Origin: Candidatus Nomurabacteria bacterium
GTDB lineage: Bacteria; Patescibacteriota; Minisyncoccia; Phycocordibacterales; UBA9973
Reading direction: 5' to 3'
Length of the DNA: 64,000 bases
NCBI GenBank assembly: GCA_021413905.1
Contig: JAIOPO010000001.1
Location: 201,159 to 265,158, forward strand
Below, piece after piece: positions 42,401 through 54,400 of the stretch. Under the pieces are notes generated by a model. It saw only the letters and a list, made by a program, of their open reading frames with translations. It did no database searches and was not told where the DNA came from. The stretch's first letter is position 1, and each line of letters starts with the position of its first letter. The position numbers and the translations under genes were made by a program.

Positions 42401-45400
42401 ATCAAAGAAGGAGATGTTTCGTGGCTTGTTACCAAATTATCATCTGTTGTATGGCTTGCATAAGAATCCCAACCATCGTTTAAGTGTGAGATTGTGTCAT
42501 ATGCAAGTTCTGTTGTAGATTCATTATTTGTTATCCAAGATATTGGAAGTGTTTGTGTATTAGTAAGAGATAATTCCAAATCAGTACTTACACTATTTTC
42601 TGCTTTTACCCAAATCCAAACATTATCATTGTTGTCATAATAATCAGAACCGGTTTTACTTCCAGAAATATCACAATCCTCTGCACAATGTTCTGTAGAA
42701 ATTTGTTCCCATTCTGAAGTATTAAAATTCCAAATTGAAACAATAACATTTTTTTCATCCGGCACAGCACCATGTCCTTTCCAATTTATTGTAAAAGTTG
42801 GAGTATTTATTTCATTTAAGTTTTGATGAATTTTAAATATTTGAGAATCATAGCCACTATCTGATTGTGAGATATCAGTAACAAGATATCTCTGATCTTC
42901 AGTAAGAGTTTTTAAATAACCATTATAAGAAACCAAAGTTCCTGGATTACTAGGCGATACAGCTCCATGAGTTTCATCGCTTTCATAATATTCATAAGAA
43001 ATAACTGGTAAGAATTTTACAATTGTTTTATTCTGAAGTGAATTATCATGGTATGCAACATATGGAATATTATTTGAATCAAGGGCCAATGAAAAATGTT
43101 CAATTGAACCAGTAGAAAATCCAGCATTACCAACATAAATCCAAGATTCACCATTCCATTTCATAACAGTAGCAGCACAAGCATTAGAACAATCTTCAAA
43201 TCCAACATATATTACATTATTACTATCTACTAAGATTTTATTGTAAGATACTCCACCTGTGCCAGAAAATTCTGGATCTCCGACATTTACCCAAGTATCA
43301 TTATCTAATGTCATTACACTTATTGAACAATTTTGATTACAATCACTATATGTAACGTAAGGAATATTATTACTATCTAGTACCATCGAAACATGCCAAG
43401 CATAATTAGAAGTAAAATAAGGATTTCCTAATGTAGACCAATCACCATTTACAAGTTTTTTTACAGTAGCACTGTAACTATGAGAACTATCGCTGTATAT
43501 GATATATGGAATATTATTTGAATCTGTAGCAATTTGATTTCTATATATTTGTCCATCAGTAAAACCAGCATTTCCTATTATATTCCAATTATTACCATCA
43601 AAAGACATTACTGTTCCTTTATAACCATAATTACTATCTTCAAAAGCAACAAAAGGTGTGCCATTTGCAGAAATTGCGGAACTTAATTCATAAGCATAAC
43701 CTGTATTAAATCTAGGATCTCCTACATTTTCCCAAGTATCATTTACAAATCTTTTAACAGTTATTTTATATTCATTATTAACTTCTACATAAAAAACATA
43801 AGGAATATCTTGATACATTTGCATTGATAAATAATCAACTTGAGTTCCAGAAAAATTTGGTTCACCGACTAATTCCCAATCAGAACCATTATTTTTTTTG
43901 ACACTAACACCATAACCATTTGAAGAATCTACATATGCAACATAAGCAACATTTTGACTGTTAAGTTTTAATGATTGATTATATTCATAATTGTTAAAAT
44001 TATCTTGATCTCCCACATCTTGCCATTTTGCATTTGTAGCAATAAATGTTCTATCTTCTCCAAAAGTAGTACCATCATTATTCACAATAAATGCACGATA
44101 ATGATATGTTTGATTAGCAGAAAGACTATAAATAGTTTTTGAAAAAATACTTTCACTATATGGACCACTTGATTCACTCCAAGATTCACCATAAGAATCT
44201 GTAAGTCCCCATTCAAAACCTCTTTCTGAAATTTCTAAATTACCTGCTTCCACTATTTGAGCATTCAAGTTTACAGAATTATCACTTGTATTTGAAGGAA
44301 CAAGAGTTTCAACTATTGGTATATTTGATTGCCAAACAAAAAACGGATAACCTTGATTCTTCATTGAAGAAATATCCCAAATATCATTATTATTTTCATC
44401 ATCAACTGGATTGTTTATAAAATCCCAAACATTACTAATTCCAGAACTTTCTATATTAGTAAATGTATCGACATTTTTCATTTCAGCGTCAGTTTTACTT
44501 GTACCATCATTGCCATTTATCTGATTTGAAGTATTTAAATCCCAAAAAGAATTTGTAACAGTATTATTAATATTAGTTTGAAGTCCAATCAAACCACCAT
44601 AATCTTCAACACCAATTACTAAACCGATTGAATAAGCATTATTAAGATTTACATTGGATTCCAACTGACCAATAAGTCCACCAACATTTGTATTTCCACT
44701 CACATTACCTTTTGAATAAACATTAGATATTGTTGCATTGTAAGTACTTCCAACAAAACCTCCAACATTATAAGAAAGTTGATTTGACCCATCACCATTA
44801 CCATCCACATCTCCTGTTGAATAAGATTGTTCAATACTTGCATCTTGAACATGTCCAGCAAAACCTCCGATGTTAGAACCATCAACTATATTTACATTTC
44901 CAGTTGCATAAGAATTTGAAATATCACCTGAATCTATTTCACCTACAAGTCCTCCGGCATATCCACTATTTGCACCCATAGTTACATCTCCAGTTGCATA
45001 AGAATTTGAAATATCACCGGAATTAACACCGACCAAACCTCCGGCATGTGAACTATTTGTATTTGAAACAGAAACATCTCCTGTTGCATGAGAATTTGAA
45101 ATATCACCGGAATTAACACCGACCAAACCTCCGGCATTGCTAGAAATAGCTGAAACATTTGCACTAGAATCAGAAGCATCAACATAATAAGAATAAAGAA
45201 AACCTACAAGTCCTCCGACATTTGAATCACCGGAAACATTTCCAGAAGAATGAACATCTAATATTTGACCATAATTAGCACCTACAACCATACCAACAAC
45301 ATTTTGACCAACAACTGATCCATTTACAGTAAGATGTTGTATTTTTGAACCATTACCAACAACAGAAAACAAACCTGCATTGCTTTCAGAAGGAGCATTT

Positions 45401-48400
45401 ATATCTACAGTTATAGTATGACCATTTCCATCAAAATTCCCAGAAAATTCTCTATTAATTCCAATCACAACACCATTACCAAGAGAAGTACAATCTAAAT
45501 CATTCATCAAAATATATGAACTATTAGTACTATTGTTCATTGATGTAAATTCTGAACATGATGAAATTTGATATGGATCACTTTCATTACCACTACCATT
45601 AAAGATAGAAGCTGATTCAGAAATAAAAGGATAACCATCGTTTGTAAAACCATCAATATCCCAAAGAGTATCGAAATTCCAACCAGCATCAGTGAAAGTT
45701 GATTCTGTTTTCATTGTTGAAGTATCTTCTCCTGTACCACCAGCACTAGTAGATTGATTTGAATTTTCATTATCCCAAAAAGAATTATAAATATTTCCTG
45801 TTTCACTATTATATCCAACTAGACCTCCTGTGTTTTCTGTATTATTACCTGTCACTAAACCTTTAGAATAAACTTTATTTATTAAAGATAAATTGGAAAT
45901 TGAACCAGTAAAACCTCCAACGTAATCATCTCCATTTACAGAACCCAATGAAAAAGAATTATCAACGACTGAATAACCATCAAGATTTCCAACGAAACCT
46001 CCAACATAGGAACCTGTAGTTGTTACATCTCCAGTTGCATAAGACATTGTAATATTTGAACCAGAATACATAGCTCCAACAAAACCCCCAACGTAATTTG
46101 GATTATATGTATTGTATTCATTTGTTTCTTGATTTCCAGTTACATTACCAGTAGCATAGTCATTCATCAAATTTGAATAATTAACAACTCCAGCAAAACC
46201 TCCAGCAGCATCTCCGGTTGAATTCACATTTTCAGTTGAATATGAATCTGATATATTGGAGCCATAAAGATATCCAACAAAACCTCCAGCAGCGTAACCT
46301 GTTTTCATTAATAAATACTCTGAACGATTTGAAGTCACTGTTCCACCTGATGCATAAGTATTTGTAATTTCTCCATTATTGGCAGATCCAACAACACCTC
46401 CAATAGAAGCTCCACCATCCACATCAGCTGATGAAGATGAATTACTTATTGAAGCACTATCTAACTCTCCGACAAGTCCTCCGATAATATCTCCACTTCC
46501 ATGCACAACTCCATTATTATTTATAATATGATTAATACTTGCACCTTCTTCCATCATACCGACAAGTCCTCCTCCATGATAATCCAAATATGTTCTTATC
46601 ATATTGTTTGTTAAGTTAACGTCTGTAATAGTACCACCATACATATAACCAACAAGTCCTCCTGTATTCTGAGCTCCAACTATATTTGAATTTTCAATGT
46701 TTACATCATGAATATTTGCATTTTGTGTTTTACCAAAAACACCATTGTTATCTGAATCTTTTCTAAAAATCCACAAATTATTTATTGTATATCCATCACC
46801 ATCAAAAGTACCCAAAAATGGAGTACTATCATTACCTACTGGCTCAAAACCATAGTAACCATTATTTTCGACAATAATATCTGTATGCGTTACTTCAGAA
46901 TATGAATCAGGAATCAATTCTCCATCAACAATTCCATCTACCCATTCACTAGCATTAGCATTCCAAGATAAAGTATCAGAACAATCTATATTATCAACAA
47001 GTATATAATGTGCACTTAAATCATTATTCATTAGCTGTAACTGAGGACAACTACTTATTTGATATGGATCACCTTCACTTCCATCACCACCATCGAAGTC
47101 TGAGGCTTTAGTGAAAGATCTTTCTTCTGTAGAAGATTTTACACCAGAAGTATTCACAGCATATCCTGTAAATGAATGAGAACCATTCGAAAAATCTTCA
47201 TTCGTATAATCATACTGATTAATATGAGCATTATAAAGTGAAGCTATTTCATTACTATTTAATGCACGAGAAAATAATAAAGTATCGTCCATTTTTCCAT
47301 TTATATAAACACCATCAGTCCTTCTACCAATATTTATTGTTTGTCCAATATTTCTAGACGCTCCTCCACTAGCAGCAATTTCACCATTTACATAAAGAGT
47401 TTCTGTACCATTATTTTCGACTGCCACAAGATGTGTCCAAGCACCAATATCAGCGGGTGCAAAAGTAGCATATTCATCAAATTGCCATTGACCGCCACCA
47501 CCAATTTGTATTAAATGACCATTTTCATCAGAAAAAATAGATTGACCAGCATAACGATTATTTAAATAAACCCATGAGGAAAAAGTAAAATCTCCGGTTA
47601 TTGTACTTGGTAAAGTTGTACTAATATAACTATTACCATTAAAATTAGCCGCTTTACCAAATTTTCCTGTTGAATATGTTTCAGTACCATGCCAAATACC
47701 ATTAGAAGAAGATGTGTCATCATTTGCATTATTTTCAAATCTCCAAAAAGCAACTAGGGAATTATCGATATCTGTAAATGCATAATGATTTGCACCAATA
47801 CTAGAACTATCCATATTTATTTCTGCAACTGAACTAGATTGAGAACTATTATTTTCTGGAGTTGGATTTACAAAAGAAATACCACTGATTGTATTTCCAT
47901 GAAGTAAAGGATAAGAAGTTGAAGTATCCCAAATATTAGTATCATTAAAATCCCAGCTAGCGAGCGGTTCATTTGTATTATTGTTTTTAAAATAATTTGT
48001 ATCTGGGTTTCCAATAGTATTAACAGCAGAACAACCACTAATATCAGAACCCTGAGAACAACCAGATTGTTCTGTTCTTATTTGATCGTAAAAATTATTT
48101 ATAAGTGCACCATTAACATATTCACCAATAAGACCTCCTGACAAAGAAGAAAAATTAGAAACACGACCAACAGCAAAAGAATCTGTAATCTCTCCATTTA
48201 AATATCCAGTCAAACCTCCTCCATGGGTTGATCCATTTCCAAAAACAGAACCAGTTGCATAAGAACTTGAAATAATATAAAAGTTAATTCCTGTTAGACC
48301 ACCAACATATTGACCACCTGAGACAGAACCAGTTGCATAAGAATCAGAAATAGTTCCATGGTTTTCACCAATAAGACCTCCTGAAGCTACAGCTCCCACC

Positions 48401-51400
48401 ACAGTAACATTTGAAAATGATTTATCAATTGTTGTTAAACCATCATTAACTCCAACAAGTCCTCCTGTATAAGTACCTTCTGAAGTAACCCTACCTGTCG
48501 TATACACATTTCTTATTGTTCCTTCATTATAACCAACAAGACCTCCTGTATAAGATGAAGCATTTGTAATATTTTCATTTTCCACCCCAAGATTTTCAAT
48601 TACAGCAGATGAATTTGTTTCACCGAACAAACCGACACCTAAACTAGAATTTATATTTATAAATAAATTTATTATTTTATAACCTGCTCCATTGAAATTA
48701 CCATTAAATAAATAATCATCATTTCCAAGTGGCTCGAACCCTTGCCCAGAATTCCAGTTTATAGTATCTGAACAATCTATGTTTTGTGTAAGTATATATG
48801 ATGCATTTAAATCATTGTTAACATTTTGAAGTCCTGTGCAAGAATTTATTTGATAAGGATTCTCGGGAGAACCATCACCTTGAGTATAATAAACATTCGG
48901 ATCATCAGAAGAAAGATTAGCAAGTGTAGGATAATAATTTTCAGTAAAAACCCAATTAGTATTATTAAAACTATTTAAAGGTGCATTTGAATTATCATTT
49001 TTAAAATAATTTTCATTAGGAGTTTCTATTGTATTTACAGGATTACAATCAGAATTACTAGATCCATTTTGTCCACCAGGAGTATTATCTCCAATACATT
49101 GATTCACACCAGTATTTATCTGATCATAAGAGTTATTGATTATTTCATTTAAACCTAAATTAGAATTTTCTTGTCCGACAATACCTCCAATATATGTATC
49201 ATTAACTCCTGGTGTATTTGTTATTTCATTTCCATTCCAAAAAGTAACAGAACCCACTGAAAAGTTCCCTTCTATATGAGACGCATTTAAAGCTTGACCA
49301 ATAAAAGAAGAAATATGAGAATTAAAACTAGATGATATACCCACGATAGTACTCGAAGAATAACTATTAAAAACATTAGAATTAGCAACTACTCCAATAA
49401 GGCCACCACAAACATCATTACAAGACACAGTACCAGTAGAATAACTATCATAAACTTCACTATCAATAACATCACCCATAAGCCCTCCGACATATGCACC
49501 GATAGAATAAATATCACCTGTTGCATATGTTCTATATATAGATGAATTTTCACTCTGACCGACAAGTCCTCCTGTATTATTAGAATAAGACAAAGAACTT
49601 ATATTTGTATTAGAATAAGAATCTTCTATTATTGCATAAGTTGCCCAGCCTACAAGTCCTCCGACAGCATAACCAACATTAGCACCAGAAAGAATTGAAA
49701 TATCACCTTCAGAATAACTACCGTCAGAGATAGTTGTATCCTCATCTTCATATCCAACTAAACCTCCAACAGACCAAACTGAATCAGCTACAGAAATATT
49801 TCCATGATAATTATCATTTGATAATGAAGAAGAAACGGTATAACCTGCAATACCACCTATCAGCGGATTCCATCCATCATTTGCTGTACTAGTAATATTT
49901 ACATAAGAAGAGCTATCTTGAATAGCACTATTATTAATCTCTGAAACAATTCCACCTACATTATATGGACTCAAAATATCACCTGTTACAGTTAGATTTT
50001 CTATCAGAGCATTTTGATTTAAAGATACAAAAAGTCCAACATCATGATAAGTTCCATCTGTATTATCAATATCAATATTAATACTATAACCATTTCCATC
50101 AAAATGTCCGGTAAAAGGAATAATATTCCCAACCATAATTTGAGTTCCATCATCTGCACAATCTAAATCTGCATCCAATAAAAAGCTTGAATCAAGCAAA
50201 GCAAAATTATTTATTTCTTTAAATTGAGAACAAGATGTCACAACATAAGGATCTATATCTGTACCAGAACCTGTTCCTGAAAAAAGATTACCTTGTCTAA
50301 GTGTTGGATAACCAGAAATATTTGTTGACCATGCTGAAGAAAAATCCCATTTATCAAGAGGTGAATTTACAGAATTATTAGAATAATATGTTTGAATATC
50401 ATTAACAGAAACACAAGAAGGAGCCCAATCACCGAATATACCAACACAATAATTATGACCACTGGCAACCTGATCATAATAATCTAAACCAGTGAGATAA
50501 TCATCTCCTGAGCCAGCAAAGCCTCCGACATAATCAGTATTTAATCCTTGGTCAACATTACCAGATGAAAATGAATTTAAAATATCAAGACTTGCATAAT
50601 ATCCCACAAAACCTCCAGTAAAAAAACCTTCACTTGAAACATTTCCAGTTGCATAAGAATTTTTTATAACTCCATCGTACTCATTATATCCCACAAAACC
50701 TCCAGTAAAATTATCGCCTCCAATTTCAGAAACATTTCCAGTTGCATAAGAATTCATAATTTGACCCACATTTTGTCCAACAAAACCTCCGACATTACTA
50801 CTTCCAGTTACATTTGCACCAGAATAAGAATTTACAATAAAATTAGAATAATCATTATTACTTCCAACAACACCTCCGACTACATCTACACCATGGACGT
50901 TTCCATTTACATATACATTATAAATTTTTCCAAGATAATTTTCTCCAGCAAGTCCTCCTGTAAAATCAGCTCCAGTAATGTCTACATTTTCTAATCCTAC
51001 ATTTTTAATAATAGCTCCTTGTTGTACATAAGAGAAAAGTCCAATATTATTACTACTTGAATTATTGATATACAAATCATTTATTGTATATCCATCACCA
51101 TCAAAAATACCAGAAAATTGATCAATCGGTGTAAAACCATATCCTATATTATACAATGGTCCACCTTCATGCGTATCAGAATTACAATCTATATTGTCAG
51201 TTAAAATATAATTTGCACTTTGATTTTGATTTATATTTTGTAATTGTATACAAGAAGAAATTTGATACGGATCTTCTACTGTTCCAGAACCACCATCAAA
51301 TAAAGCAATATCATCACCTGAAACATTAATTAAAGTTGGAAATGAACCAGCAACAAAAGACCACACATCTACATCGAAAAAATTTAAAGGAAAATTTGCA

Positions 51401-54400
51401 TTATTACCAACAAAATAATAAGGATTATCATTTACATTTACTCCGTTACAATCATCATTGGGACCTTGATTAGAACAATAGACTTCTGGTGTTGAATCAT
51501 TATAAAAAGTATTAATTGTATTTAATGTTCCAACATAATCACCTACTATATTACCAATATACCCCGCACCAAAATTTGAAAATTGAACAGAAGCAAAAGA
51601 ATTTTGAATATTTATAATTCCTGTTCCTGGGCCAAACCCTTCCCCTTCATAACCGATCAAACCTCCAGCAGTTCCAGAACTAGAAAAACCAGTACCATTT
51701 AAATTTACTTTTGAATAAGAGTTAACAACACTTATTTCTGGATAATTATACCCAACAAGACCTCCGACAATAGCCCAACCTGAAATATTTGTATTTACAT
51801 ATGAATCTATAATCGTAAAAGGAGTATCGTTCGTATTAGAAAAACCAACCAAGCCTCCTGCAAAAAATCCATCAAACATATTTTGAGCAAGACCTGTAGA
51901 ATTAACACTTGAATTTTCTCCACCAAAAAAGTTTTCTCTGAAATCTATATCTACATGAGAACCAGTTGTGTCTAAAAAACCAATAAGTCCACCAGTATTT
52001 GAATTACCAGAGATGACACCATTTGAATAATTATACTTAAATTGATTTGTTAAATCGTAAGAACTATTGTCAAAAAGATAATAATACCCGACAAGACCTC
52101 CAACAGAATTAGAAGTACCTGTCACAGATCCTGCTGTGTAAGAATTATTATTAAATTGAAAATCTAAATTATTATTTCCAAAAATTTCAGCATCAATTTC
52201 TCCTGCAATACCTCCGATATACGAATCACCACTTATATCTCCGGTTACATTATTATTTAATATATAAAAATTAGTAGTATCATTATTGCTATTATTGTTA
52301 ACATAAGAATACCCTATCAAACCTCCAGTATACTGAGAACCTCCTAGAATATCATCATTTGATTCATTGTCATGAATAGTAGTAACTATTACACCAGAAC
52401 CACTATCATCATAAACATCAATCTCACCTAAAAGTCCACCGACAGAAAAAGCACCATTAGAACCATCGATTAATCCATTTTCTATGGTATTAGAAAAAAT
52501 CTCTATATTGATATTACCATTTCCTGTTGAATATCCTTCAACAAAACCTATCAAACCTCCAAGATAATAACTTGAACTAGAAAGTGTAACATCTCCAGTA
52601 ATTGTATTGCCATGAACATCTAAATTTCCAGCATCATAAACATCTGAATAACCAATCAATCCTCCAACTTGAGAACCATCAGCATTTACATCTCCTGAAA
52701 CATTTGAATTTAAAATATTTGATTCAATATCTGTGCTTAAATATCCGACAACGCCTCCAGTACAGTAACTACCATTTACTATTCCAGAAAAAGTCACATC
52801 ACTTATAGTGACATTTGATGCATAACCTGCAACACCTCCAATATTACTATTTCCATTAATTGTTCCGTTAAATTCACCGCCACTGATAGTAGTTCCATAT
52901 GCTACACCCACAAGTCCACCGATATTATTTCCAGAACCAGCTGAAACATCAACAGAAGAATATACATCTGTAATTGTCGCGCCATTAGCAATAGCAGCAA
53001 GAGCACCAATTGTCGAACCATTTATACTTTGAACATTTCCAGCAAGATGTAAATCTTGAATATTAGCAGTATCACTGAGTTCAGAAAAAAGACCGATATT
53101 TGGATCACCCTCACCGTCAAGATTTATAGTAATAGTATAACCATTTCCATCAAGACTTCCTGAAAAAACACCCGAATTTATCATCATTGAATTTCCTTCT
53201 CCTGCACAAGAAAGATTGCCGTCCAAAACAAAACTTTCATCTAAAAGATTATTTATATTTTCAAAATCACTACAACTAGAAATATGAATAACAGGACGAT
53301 CATTTACGGGACCTTCATCATTTAACACATTGTGTAATGTTGGATATTCATTACTAGCAGAATCCCAAATTGGTTCTGAACTAAAATCCCAATGTCCTAA
53401 AAAGGGAAAAACAGATGAAGTGTTTTTAAAATAATCCATTTCAGATCCAATAGAGTTTTTATTTTCACAAGTAGCCAAATCCCCCAAATAAGGATCTCCA
53501 GAATTCGTATTTCCACAAGCCGACTGTGTACTTCTTAAGGTATCCCAAAAAACATTAGAAAGCATAGAGCCAACACTGTCTGATGTTTGATTAATACCAA
53601 ATATTGCTCCATGATAACTACCAGAATTCACACTAGCAACACTAAAACTATTTTGTATAACTGCCCCTGATTGAATAACACCAACAAGACCTCCTGTATT
53701 CGTTTGTTCAGAAAATACTGTCCCTCTTGAATAACTATTTACAACACTAGATAAAGAAACAGTACCGGCAATTCCTCCGACGTTACCAAAATTAGAAATA
53801 ATATTTCCTATATTGTATGAATTTGTAATCTGAGAATTATTTCCCAAACTACCGACAATTCCTCCGACATGACTATCTCCAGTTATATTTGCCTTATTAA
53901 TAACCTGATCAATAATAGAATTATTGGAAAAACCGGTTAAACCTCCAAGACCGGATCCTATATTTTGAACAGAACCAGATATGCTCAATTTAGAAACTGT
54001 AGCATTATGTAAAAAAGAAAACAGACCGGCATTGTCTCCTTCATAGTTTATAGACACATCAATATTATGACCATTTCCATCAAAATTTCCCTGGAAACCA
54101 CCATACATCGATCCTGGATCTATGATTATATTATTATGTTCTCCTGCACATTCCAAATCTCTCATCAAAATAAAATAACTAGAAAGATGAGAATTAATAT
54201 GTTCAAACTGAGCACAAGAATTTATTTGATAAGGATTCCCGGAACTTCCATCACCATCTAAAAATTCAGCATTTGGATCATAATGAAAATTAAAATCTTC
54301 TGTTAGATTACTTCTGACGATAGTTACATATTGATCAGATAAATCATCTAAAAGTGTCCAAGTATTACCATCCATACTACCGTACAATTTCCAACTTATA

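Larger units (their letters stand above)
44300..54255 (-). other. Seven GLUG-repeat (beta-helix-like) modules of the giant protein
   Basis: The modules start near nt 54255, 53300, 51300, 50260, 48880, 47100 and 45600. Each has dozens of roughly 20-aa repeats such as N.GGLVG...G.I.NSYA.G.V and ends in ...W.F...W.....YP.L. Confidence 0.6.

Noticed and set aside
44300-54255. Regularly spaced short nucleotide repeats across about 10 kb that could be mistaken for a CRISPR-like or satellite array.
   Set aside because: The repeats are in-frame, of variable length, and encode the GLUG protein repeats. There are no unique spacers of constant length.
40380-54261. Several 60-77-aa plus-strand ORFs inside the giant gene (40380, 42306, 50761, 52602, 54067 and others).
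   Set aside because: They are antisense to the intact 16.5-kb ORF and are an expected by-product of the repetitive coding sequence. They have no motifs.
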